Shown here: one piece after another, positions 1 through 12,600 of the stretch | Position numbering within the stretch: the first letter of the stretch is position 1 | Layout: each line of letters begins with the position of its first letter | Source: Amphiscolops sp. MND2022 | Lineage: Eukaryota | Direction: 5' to 3' | NCBI GenBank assembly: GCA_964187785.1 | Contig: OZ076409.1 | Location: 15,502,001-15,566,000 of the forward strand | DNA: 64,000 nt | Position numbers and translations under genes: made by a program | The notes under the pieces: model-generated | What the model saw: the letters and a program-made list of their open reading frames with translations, nothing else | Told to the model about the DNA's origin: nothing | Databases searched by the model: none

Positions 1-311
1 GTTGACGGAGTAAATTGGGATATTTATTTTCAACGAAATTACTAATTTGCAGTGGTTTCGTTTGCAGTTCCGACGATCTTCCGACAAGACATTGTTCCAC
101 TTGGAAGCAGAAAGTGCCGGTTTAAAATTCCGGCTGGAGTTTTTTAAAAAGCTTTTGGAAGAATACTGACAGTAGGTACGATATGTTGTTAATCGTTGTT
201 TAAAAGTTCGAGACGTTTCCTTTTTCAACCTTGAGTAGGGCGCCGACTTCGACCGTTTCTTGCTTTTTTTCGTTTGAAGCGCATCAATTGATGTCAAAAT
301 ATGTTTTGCAG

Positions 312-690
312 AAAAGTTCAGCGGCTCTCACTGCAAGTGGTTTGAACTCGCGTCAAGACTTCACGTCAAAACTGAGAATAGCATCACACGTGACCTTTCA
401 CGAGGACAAAGACGAGGTCATCGATGAAGGAGGTCAAGGTCATACCTCTGTGACCCCAACCGGAATGGAAGCCGAGGAGGATGCAGCCACCTTCATTTCG
501 GAGGATAACGAGTCGGTGTATTCGGAGAGCAGTGCTGGAATCAGCTCGACAACGGGGGGTAACCTGATTGGCTACTTCGGTCGCTTCAAAGAGAGCCAAT
601 CAGGTGAGGTGTACACTTCGCTCTTCCCTTCATTGCAGGACTTCAAAGACAACATTGTGGGATGTTTCAACATATTCGAGGAGACTGTTG
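312..690 (+). CDS. dynein heavy chain exon (tail)
   Basis: ttttgcag acceptor, gttagt donor; phase matches next exon. Confidence 0.7.
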
Positions 691-3600
691 GTTAGTTAGA
701 TGCTATTACATGCAATAAGAATTTTATTACTCATCGGTTGGCTTTTAAGAGCCAATTTATTCAGAGTCAAATTTTCTATTGAACTGTTTAGCCTCAAGTT
801 ATGCGGATTTGAAAAATAGTTATCCAAAAATGATTGTTTTCAGACAAATCAAGAAAACTATAATGTGATAAAACTTGATGAAACAATTTTGCAATTTTCC
901 TGTCTTTACTTTTACTGAATATGTGTATCAAATTTTAATCATAAAAAATTTTACAAGAGCTGTTCCATGAAATTGGTTGTTGCGTACTTGCAAGCTTAGG
1001 GAGCATCCTCAAAATCTGTCAAAAAAGTTGGAGCGAAGGTCCAACTTACATCATGATGCAATTTTCCTTCCTCGAAAAACCGAAAAACATGCACGCCTTT
1101 TCTCAAATTTTCCTTACTAGCTTTTTCCCGGAAAAATTCACGGGCCGTGAATTCTAGGTCAAACTTACTCGTTGCTGCGTGAACCCAAACTGAAACTGTT
1201 CTATGAACAACCAAAAGTAGTCATACCCAAATCCCCTCGCCAGGACAAGCCGACGAAAAAGTCAAAGTCGAATGCTGGTGGAAAACTCAAGACTAGCAAA
1301 TCCAAACTTGTTCGATCCCACAGTCCCACACCTTCCCCTTCGCCTATTGCTCTCCTGGAAGAGGATGAACTTTCCATGCAGTACTTGCACCCGTGGCCCG
1401 ACCTTGACCTTGTGTTCGGACTTGACACGTGGTACCAGGGAAGCATTGATAAGCTGATCACTCTGTTCAATGACCTGTTCGAGGAAATTGATGATTATGC
1501 CATTGTTAGCTTTTGTCACTTTTCTCATTGCCGTTCTCATTCACTCTAGTGAATTTTTGGCTAGGTTAAATTAATTTATCTGGAATCAGGGCATCAAAAA
1601 TGCACTGACTTTGATTTCTTCAGCAAACCTGAAAACCGCAAACAGTTTAACGAAATTAGTAGATGTTGCGAAAATTTGGACCTTGAAAAATTGGACCGTT
1701 CAGTGTGAGGTCTGTTGTCTGGAGAAGAAAAGTCACTGTAAGGGTCGGGCATTTTTGTTTCACTAAAAGTGTCTACTAAAAACAGGTTGATTCTATTATG
1801 ATTTTATTAATTCCAGGTTTTGAATGTTTTTTAAGCAAGCGTTTAAAATATCATCATCGTTTAAAGGAAATTTTAGCGTTTAAATATCATTTAAACCGTC
1901 AACACTGCTTTTGACTTTCCGGCGTTATAGGGCTTTTTTCCTGTTAAAAATGTTTTCCATTTTTTTCTTCAAAAAATTGTGTTTTTGATATCTCGAGTCA
2001 GAGAAAAGCGGTTTTCGAGAGTTATGCGTATCCCTTCGGGTGTTTTTCGGCACTTTAAATTCGATAGAAATTTTTATAATTTTGTTCGCCAATTTAGAAC
2101 ACTTAGCGTTCCTTTTAAACTTTGAGCGGGGCGCCGACTTGAGCCGTTCCCGGCTTCTCGGACAGAAAACAGGCTTTGAAGGTTGTGAATCATGCGCTAA
2201 ACAACGCCTTGCGAGAATATATTTCGTACTTTTTAAATGATGATCACTGCGTGTTAATTTTTCAGCAATTCGACCAGTTCTGTGAAATGGTGAACAAAGC
2301 TCGAAGAGTGGATGTGGACTACTCCATGAAGCAGAAAGAATGGTACCCTGAAGACTTTTTCCATGTGCTCTCCACCCACACCGAGCAAAGGAAACTCATG
2401 CGAGAAATGCCCTTGTTGAAATTCGTTGGCATGCTCAAAGTGGACACGGAGCATTTCAAAGACGTCTGTTTGCCATACCCCATGAAAGTTCTCAACTCAG
2501 TGTACCAGAAACTGCCCAAAATGGCCAACCAGCGCAATGAAGACTTGTTGAGTGTCGTCAGGGTAACTTTAAAATCTTTCGTTTTCCATTTTTATCTGTG
2601 GTTCAGTTCGCGTACTGCTGAAAATTGAAAACTTTTTTTTTTACATTTTTGATTGCCTGGCTATGACACCGGACGTTTTCGGCCCCAAAGAGCTTTGAAA
2701 ATCCGATTAGAAAAAAGTTATTAGCATAAATGAAGTGAACTGTACTAAATGTTGATATTTCAGAACTCGAACAACAAATTAGACCATTATCCAGACAGCG
2801 TGGAGGAGTTTGTGGAGCATTTGACTTTCTTGCAAAAGATGCAGTCGGATATGCCCACTTTGGAGAAAGAGTTTGGAATTGTGACGCGTCTCTTCACCCT
2901 GATAAAAGATTTTGAGGTGCCCATGAATCCAGAGCACCAAGCCTTGTTCCAAACTCTGGCTCCAAGCTTCCAAAGTTTGAAGGTACTTACCAACTTTAAA
3001 TGATTTTCCTTGCAGTCTTTTTTGGTCGAGTGTTGAGGTGTATGGCTGATAGCTGACAGGCTTGATTCAAGTAGATATATCAACCATAAAACGGCCATGT
3101 TTGCTACAGATATTTATAGATTTGTCATTGGGATTTTCTACCTATAAGCGTTTGGTTTAGCTTTCTCAATAAAATCTTCATTATTTTGAAACAATCGTGA
3201 TTACAGGATTGTCACGAAATTGTTAATTCGAAAAAAAATGACCGAACAGCAATAGACTAAAATAATCTATATAGGTTCTATTCTTTTCTATCATAAAAAC
3301 TATTCTTGTTGTTATCTTTAGTTGCTTGTTCTCCTGTGCTTAACCTATGGTTCATTTTTAGTCTACCATTCTTTACTGTGAAGCAAAGAAGGATGAAAAC
3401 ATTCGAAAGTTCAGCGATGACCTTGAGAAGATAATAGCAAGTCTGCGAGACAAACTGATGGGCATCCGGATCAGGGTGCAGCATCCAGATCTGCTCAACA
3501 ACGAGACTCCGCCCCAGGTGGCTATCGAGACTATCCGACTGCTGAGTGACGAAATCGAGAAGCTGACTGGTGCTGCGAGGAGTTACTCCAGCTACCAAGA

Positions 3601-6600
3601 GAGATTCGGCTCAACATTGGCTTCTTCAAAGAAGAAAGGCGGAGAGTGAGTCAGTTTTGTTGTAAACCGGTGTTTTGGTTACTTAGTACTCGCTTTCTAA
3701 CCTAAGCAATAAGTCTCAAAAAGTGTTACGAAAAGGAAGATAAATTAAAACTGGAGGTTTACAGTAAGTAGAATTTTGTTAAGTCCTGCAAATCGCTGAC
3801 TTGTAAAATTTATAATGTTCTGTCAATTTTGGGACTCTTTGTCCTTTCAATTTTGGGGGATTTTCAGAGAGCAAGAGAGAAGGAAAATTGAGAGAAGAGA
3901 AAAGAGTTGTTGCTTTCTCAGTGTTCCGCGTTGGAATTGGTACCTGTATTTTTCTTTCCAGCTCAGGACAGTTCTACTGTCGCGTGGCTTTTTCCTATTG
4001 GTTGAGCATTAAAGGAATTTGGGAATTCCAATTTCCTTTTAGCGCGTTGCTATTCGCTTAGAAAATAAAATGCTCTAATAATTCCGCTTTGGAAATTATT
4101 ATGTCTCTGAGTCAATTTCCTCTGTTGGGAAAATGAACTAAATTAGAAATAGCGCATTGCTATAACTCACCCCAGTTGACAGAGAAGACTGCATTAGTCG
4201 TAATACCAAATCAATTAATAAATATAATGGGTATAAAATGGGTATAATGGATAATGGGTAAAACTTATGTAAAGTTTACGTTAAGATAAAGAAATTTTAA
4301 AGGTTAAATAAGTTTAAGCAAATTATCAAGTTAAAAGAGTTTCAGTTTTGGTTGGAGAGCAGTTTATAGGGGGCTTTCAATTATTCCTTCCAGTTGGCAC
4401 TTGCTTGAATTTATGGGCCAGGGTAATCGAGTACATTTATTCTTCCACTCGGGGTCTTTGTCAAAATTGTATGCAATGGGATAGTAGACTGTTGAAAGTC
4501 GGGTTTTGACATTTCCTCGTTTTACGTTAAAAATGGAGTACTTTTCGTATTGTTGCCAATCCCAGTGATCAGCATGGGTTAGCAGGGCGTGTAAGCATTT
4601 TTCCAGCTTTTCATACTGTTTTGCATCTACTGCCTGGATCAATTGAATAGCCTCGGCTCGTTGAATGTCGATTTCGACTCTCATTGTCTGCAGTTGTTTG
4701 ACCAGCTTGTCAATTTCGGTTTGGTCCTTTAATTTAGTGTCCTTTTTATCAAGAATTTCCTTGAATCGTTTATTTGCCACATCGAAGGCATCAAGTTTCT
4801 CCTTTAGGAGGATGTTTGTCTTGTTTGATTCTAAAAGTTCACTTTGAAGTGACTCCGCTTTGGAGGTCGCTTCTTCAATTTGGCTTTTCAGTTCCTTATT
4901 CTCATCGAAAAGGTCTGATGTTACTCTTTCGGAGATTTCTAACTTGAATTCAGCTCGATTGGCACTCTCTTTAGCCATTGCTCGTGACCGATTGGCAGAG
5001 CAGAGAGCATTCTTCAAATTGGCTAGTTCAATGTTCAGGCTGCGATTTTGTTGTTCAAATTCGGCAATTGCGAATTCGGTTTTCCAAAGAGCAGCGGTAA
5101 GATTGGTATCAGGTGTATCGATCCACTCTTCATTCCCAGTTTGTGTAGTCGCATTGCCTGTGGATCTAGTATTGGATGGAATATGGGGATTATCGGCGGA
5201 CACTTCCCTGAAGGAGGATGTACTATCTGACGAACTGATTGTACTTGTATTATCGTTGAAAAGAGGGTTTGGATCGTCAGGGAACGCGGTGATAACACCA
5301 AAGGGGGCCTTTATCATGGAGTCAAGTTGATGATTATAAACTACATACTTCCTTTCTTCAGGAAGACGGTCTTTTAACCTCCATTGGTTCATGTCCTTCG
5401 GAAGAGTAACTTTTATGGCTGGGCAATTGTCGGGGGGAATAACAATAGAACAATTCAACTTTTTGTTGACAATTTCAATTCCTGTTTTAGGAGTGGCAAG
5501 GAACCATTCATTATGGTCCTTCCGTATACCATACTTTAGGAATTTGATGAATTTGGGGTCGTCAGTGTCCACATTTTTTTCGCGGGATTTTTGGATTTCA
5601 AGCCTTTCTTTAAGGCTTGGAAACCAATTTTTTTCTTTGGGTAACCCATCGTCGAGTCTCATTGACACGCACGAGGGGCCTTTAATTTTCCCATCACCGA
5701 GTCTCTTTGACAGGCGGTTAGGGTCGAAATTCACATTATTTCCGAATTTAGTAGCTTTTCTTGGCCAATTTGGCTCAGGGTCGGTAGAGGCTAATCGCTT
5801 GTTAGCCTGGTTGTGATGTTTTTGAAAACAGGGTTTAACCCGTTTTGTTTTCCGGGACCTAAAGGTTACATTAGAAGGACGCAGGTCATCAGGGATGAAA
5901 CCTTCAGGCTCGAATAGGTCGATAGCATCAGACATCGTGGGTAGGAGTAATTAAGTGTCGTTAAATTCTAAGCTGATAATTAAAGAACAACAAAGGATAA
6001 CTTGGAATAACTGGTAGTTGGTAGTTGGCGACTATACTAAATTTTAGAAAGCGAGTTATATAGGGTTTGTAAGTCAATTTGTGCTTGTGTCATTAATAAT
6101 GACTCATTATGTTTGTGACCAGAAGAAAAACATCAACAATCACAGTGGTATCTATTCCAGGAAGCCTTATCACTTTTAAGTAAGAGAAATTTCACTAAAG
6201 AGTAAACGTTTTTTGTAAACTTTATGGTGGGGGTAATGGAGCATTTCCATTACTGTTGTTATTTGAGGTACTAGGAGTGTTTTCATTGACAGTAGTCGGA
6301 GCATTTCCAGAACTGTTATTGCCATTGTTATTTTGTAAAAAGGTATTTAATGTACTAGGAGCATTTCCTGTTTGATTTAATACATTTGAGTCAGCTCTTT
6401 GTCTTTCATTAAGAGTAGAACCAATCGCAATCGGATTGTTTCAGTCTGAAGTGAGAGAACAAATAAATTAAAAGTTGCGCCTAACATAGTTCTGACAAAA
6501 CCAAAAGTGGCACCAGAAACTTTTCGAATTTCAAGTCCTCGGAGGACAATGACAACAACATCAATAACGAACTTTACCAAAAGGAAACAAGCAAAAAAGT

Positions 6601-9600
6601 TTCCTAAACATTGGATAATATATCCCAATTCGCCAAAAGTTTCCTTGAATTTATCGACGAAAAAAGAAGGCGTCAACAAGTGATCCAACAGAAGTCTATC
6701 ATTTAGACTCAAAAGACGTTCCAAGTTTCCCGGTTCGGAAATTCGAACTGAGTTACCTCGAGTCAAAATAGTCCGAGTAAGCTTCTTCAATAATGTATCA
6801 GAAGCAGAGTTGTGGATTACATTATCCCAAAAATTTTTCATTTGATTTGGGGTGTACATTCCAGCACGCCTGGTGTCGAAAGTTGGAAACTGAGTAATAT
6901 GTCCAAGTTCAGTTGGCTTGAACAATAAAGGTTTATTGAAAGGCATGGGCTCAGGTAAAAGTTGGTACCAGGAATTGTCATTTTCGAGATCAAGTTGAAA
7001 CACATTTGTGTAATCTCCCAAACAGGGTATCTCGGATGCAAAATCATAAGTCTGACGGGTGATAGGATCTACAAATTTCGTAGACCGTTCAAACATGATC
7101 GGGATTCGATCATAACATTTATCAAGCACTTTCAAGGGCGACAAAAACTTCGGACAATGGTATAACCATGCGACACTTCCATCGGTGTCAAGGAACATAG
7201 ACCTGTTTCCAGTTAACATGTAACCGGCAAGTCTTGTGTTTTGCATTGCTAACATTAAAATAGTTAACATTTGAGTTCGTTCGAGTTCGCATTGACTCTG
7301 CAGAAGTGTCATTTCAGAATGCCTCAATTGCTTCGCATTGAAGTACATTATATAGTCTAACTTTGTTCCCAAGTGCAATTCATAATCAATTTCATCCGCG
7401 CCGACGGTATGCCAAGGCTGTGCACCAATCCATTGGCCATTTGATTTGCTGAAAGATAATGACGAATAAGAGACCTGGCTAGAGTTGTCAATGGAAAATT
7501 GGTAGGCGTTAAAAGCATGTTCTTTAGTTCGTAGTTCTCCACCTGGCATTGCGAAACCTCCTTGGTAAGTCACAAATAGACTCTCAAAATTTGTTTTGAA
7601 CAATCGCTCAGGTTTCCCACATAGCTCATAGCTTTCAGGGAAGACTTTTATTTTGAGGTTCATTCCTTTGCCAGTCTCATTATATTCGCTGATTAGGAAA
7701 AATTGGTTTTCGTTTCTGTTCGTTGACAATGGATACTTAAGCATTTTTGCTTCCTGAGTGAGGATTTTTGTCATCACGCAGTTTTCGGGAGTATCCCACG
7801 TGTAAGCGAATGGGTCTAAAGTAGTGGTCTCGCAACCACCCTCCATTAAAAGACATGGCAATTTTTGTTTATTTGGATTGGAAACCTCTTTGGTTCCGTA
7901 ATCGAATGTCAAATTCACACGTTGCATGAACGTCTCGAAGGTATAGTGCTGTACTTGACCACTTGAGCAATGAATGGTTGTGCGGACTGATTGTCCATCA
8001 TTGAAATTCGATTGTTTCTTTGTATCGAATTCAATTGGGGCATCGAAGTTTTCGCTAAAAGACGAAATTTTAATTTTGTTCGTCTTTGATGCCTGTCGGC
8101 ACATTTCAGGGGTAGCGATGAGGTCATACGTTATACTATTTTGAGTATGAACGTAGGACGAATGCGAAAACATTCCACAATTGTAGCGGAAGACACGGGC
8201 CTTGACAGAACACATTGTTGCTGCCAGATCAGTCCGATAGTTCTTCTGATAAAGTGTGATAGTAGCCGGGGTGACATACAAGTTTTCTGGTGTGATCTTG
8301 CAGTCTGCTACCTTGTTCAGGGAGTACATTCGATTGTCTTGCATTTTTGTGCAATCATAATGAGATACAAACAAGTTCTTTGACACATTGTCAAAGTCAT
8401 CACTTGCACAAGAAAAAGGAAAAAGGAAAAGAATAAAGTAAAACATCTTGTATAAATAGAGATAGAAACAGTAGAAAGATATACAAATGCGCTTTGCATA
8501 GGATTTGTTTGGAATGACTTGGCGAGAGGGAGTAGAAAAAGAGAAATGATAATAATATTAGAAATAAGGCTTTCCGTACCACTCTCTAGGAATGTTTCGT
8601 AACGTTCCTGTATTTCGTGAGCGTGGAGCAGCGGCAGTACTAGTTGAAGGAATATTGCGGGGTAAAGGACTAGGTGTGGTTGGCTGACTAGTTATTGCTG
8701 GCGATTCTCCTTGAAATGAAATAGGAGTCTGAGGAGATGACTGAGGGATGCCAGAGTCGGGTGAGCTCGCTAAGAAAGTCGGTGTCGAATGAGCGGAGCC
8801 GCATTTAGCAGGCGAACTATAAGTCGTGTTCATCCTGGATGGACCAGGTGTGTCGGGAAATATAGGTAAGTATTCTTGTACGTGCTGTCGTTCAGCAAGC
8901 GTTTCAATTGGTTTGTTCAATTCGGAGAGTCGATTCTTTGCATACTCGTTGTAAAAATGTTCGGTTCTGTCGTCGTTGACAGGCTTTTCGTAATTGGACA
9001 ACAATGTCGGTAAGTCATTATTACGAGGGAAAAATTCAACGAGATGATTACGATGAACGACATGAATCCTCGTTGGATCCGAATCGAGCGCGACTTCGTA
9101 GTTCACTTTCGTGATCACTTTAGTCACAGTGTACGGTCCACTTCGGAGCTCGCACAGTTTTTGTGATTTCCCGAATGGGACTTGATGATTTTCGAGTAGT
9201 ACTTTTTGTCCAACACGTAATGGTTTAGCAAGTTTGTACTTGTTTCGGTACGGCAGAGATCGATGATTCGCTTTACGAACCTTTGTATATACTTTTCTGT
9301 ATATGTTTTTGAATTGTGTTTCTCTGTGTAACAAATCCAATGAACACTTTGACGTCAGTAAGGAGTCGATGCAAGAATGTTTCGTGTCTTTATTCAGGTG
9401 TGAATGGTCAGGTAAAGACTGACAGAATTCGGATTGACACAAATCATTGTCGTCTCTTACGAGACCTAGTTTCAACGAAATCGGAATTTGTGGTTTAAAT
9501 CCGAAAACAACTTCGTAGGGGGTTGTTCCTGTACTGGCGTTCACTGAAGTGTTATGAGCGAAGGCGAATTGAGGAGCCAGCTTGGCCCAATTATTTCCTG

Positions 9601-12600
9601 CTTCGGAAAGATAGCATCGAAAATATCGACTGAGGTGTTTGTTTTGGATTTCAACCTTGCCGTTAGTCCAAGGAGACCATTTAGTTCTTGGGGCATGCGT
9701 TATGCCTAAATCCAAGAGAAAGGTTGAGAAATCGGTGCTCATGAACGATGTTCCTCTATCATATACAAGTTTTTGAGGAATACCAAACGAAGTAATGAAA
9801 GAAGTCATGGCTTCAATGGTATTACTTGCATCAGTCGACTTGACTGGGTAAACTTGTATAAATCGTGAGAATGCGTCAATCACAACCAAACAGTGATGTT
9901 TCCCGTCGCTCATCGGATTCAGAGGTCCTTTGTGGTCGATGTGAACAGTGTGAAAGGGATAAGGAATTTCTTCTCCCCATTTTTCATTTGGAGCGGTGTT
10001 TTGATCCTTTCTGACTTGTTTATTTTTTCGGCATATCAGGCAGCTCTTCGTTAGAGTCCGCACCCATTTATACATACCAGGCCAATAGAAAAATCTTTTC
10101 AGAGACAAAAGTGTCTTTTCACATCCGGGATGTCCTGAAAGTCGATGGTCGTGTGCAACATTGAAAGCTTCAATGAAACAGTTGCGAGGCAAACATATTT
10201 GTCGTGATGAATGCTTGCTAGTTTTACAAACAAGATGGGTTTCTTCATCGATGAACAATTTTTCAAATTGATTTGAGTAGCCAAGTAATCCCTTGCATTG
10301 TCTTGACTCGACATCTTTTGACGGCACTTTGCCTTTAATTATCCATGATTTAACAGTGCTCAGGACTGGGTCATCCTGTTGGTTTGCCAAAATATTGTTT
10401 AAATCAAGGTTATCGGTAACAAGTTTCAATGGTTGTTGTGAGTCTTGAATGGTAAAAATGGAGAGGATGAAAGGAACATCTTCTTTAGATGCATTTACAA
10501 CCTCTGTGTTCAATAGAAGATCTTCGTCAGAAGCTTCATTGTCACTATTGTCGGTTTCAGAGTCAATTTCGGAATAATGATTTTCCTGAACTTCGGCTTC
10601 CACAACCATTGGTGGGGTTTGCCATTTACGTCGAATGTTGATGTCCTTACCTTCACGGAAGGAGTCAGAAACATCAAAGAGCGCTTTCGGAGAGTTTGGA
10701 TCGTATACCGTACAAATAAGATCTGTACCATCATTTTTCAGGTGAAGTTTCTTTGTTTCACCCAAGTGAGTGCAAACAATTGGGTAGAAATCATCGTTGG
10801 CGCTTTCAGCAGGGCTGTTGTGGTCTATCAGATACTGAACTTCGTGTCCACTTTGGCTGAAGAACTTTATATCTTTTGGAATTTCTTTGTGAAGCAATTG
10901 GTGCCCGTTGAGATCTTTCAACGACACATTTCTGCTTAGCAAATCTGGAAACGCTAAATTCTTTCCAGGGGTCCAAATGATTTGCAAATTAGTGAACTGA
11001 GTGATAATCACTTGGTAGCGGAAGAATCTATGAGATAATCTTCCTTTGCGTGCCCATAGATACAGGAGGGGCTTGTGATCACAGAATACCTTGATGGGAT
11101 GCCGAGATCCAATTATGAAATGCTCATACGTTTGTAGAGCAGAAATGGTTCCGCACAGTTCTCGATGTAGCGTTGACATCTTTTGTTCATCCTTTGTAAA
11201 GACTCGCGAATTGAAGGAAACTATACGTTTCCCGGAAGGAAAATCTTGAATTAAGATTGATCCCGTACCAATACTGGAGGAGTCAACATGGATGTGGAAC
11301 GGATACTTTGGGTTTGGTACAGCTAAGATGGTTTCTTCGCTGATTCTATTTTTTATGTCTTGGAACAAGTTCTCATGCTCTTTTGTCCATTTGAATGGAG
11401 TGTCATCTCTCAGAAGTTCGTAGAAAGGTTTCGAATCTACATGTAAATTTTTGATGAAGGTGCTGTAGAAACCTAAATTTCCTAAGATGCGCATTACATC
11501 TCTTTTGTTCTCAGGGCTTTTCAGGTTTTTCAAATCTTGTACCTTTTTGGCTACTGGCTGGATTCCTTTGTCGGAGACAATGTGTCCAAGAAACTGAACT
11601 TTCCTCAAGAACAGTTTTGTTTTGTTCGGTGCAGCTTTCAGACCTGATGATCTCAAGCACTTGAAGTATGAATCCAAATTATTCCACATTTCTTGTTTGG
11701 TTTTTGCCTGTAAGATAACATCATCAATATATGTTATCACTTGTTTCTTGGCTATCATTTCAGCGAAATGAATAGTCATTATCCGACTGAAGAAGTTTGG
11801 TAGTCCGCAAAGACCATAGAATCCTCGTTCGAACATGTACTGTTTTCCACCAACAATAAAGCTTGTCAACTTCTTCGTATCCTCGGTGAGGGGTACTTGG
11901 TTATAGGCGGAAGCTAAATCACTCGTTGTGTAATAAACTCCATCAAGTCGTGTCAGTAACATTTGTACTGGTTCAAGGGGCCATGAGTAGTTAGTCAAGT
12001 CAGTGGTTGAGTTAAGATAACGTGCGTCAATCACAAGCTTCACGGTATCTCCTTTTGGTAAAATGATGATAGGGTTTGTGAATAGGGAACCCATTTCCAC
12101 ATCATTTCCCATTTCTCGAATGATTCCAGCTCGTTGCAGTTCATTCAGAAGAATTTCAAGTCGGTCTCTGTAGTGCAGAGGGACTTTTGAGGGCCTTTGT
12201 TTTCGCAATTCGTACATTTGTTTTTCTTCAATTGTACATGAAATGCTTGTGTGATTTTTCCAACATCATAAGTAAATTTTGAAAACACGTCATTGTTTTC
12301 AACTAAAACTCGGAGAAGATGTTGTAATTCACGGTCATTTATATCGGATTCAGAAAAGTCAAACTTTTCTAAAAAGTTGCGTTCGGCGGGACTAAACTCG
12401 GCGTAAAATTCATCGTCGAGTTGTTTCCTTTTAATATCGGAAGCAGTTTTGGGCATTTTCGGTTGTAATGATTCCACCTCATTGGAGAAATCAGTAGCCA
12501 GTTCATTTTGCGAAATAGCGCTTTCGGCCATTTGTTTCCGTGAATCAATTTCCGTTAAGGAATAAATATACGGTTCGGTCGAACAAACGTGTAAATCCTT

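Noticed and set aside
68..171. Possible extra dynein exon (tttgcag...gtaggt)
   Set aside because: Stop codons in all three frames.
3815..4012. 65-aa ORF repeated at 15499-15696
   Set aside because: Chance antisense ORF within the LTR; duplicated only because the LTRs are.
4665..5816. Several 60-156-aa + strand ORFs opposite ORF4
   Set aside because: Antisense shadows of a coding strand; no motifs.
8400..8582. Hydrophobic 60-aa ORF bridging the pol end and env start
   Set aside because: T-rich composition explains the hydrophobicity and env has its own signal peptide; it could be a frameshifted env leader, but one copy cannot support that.
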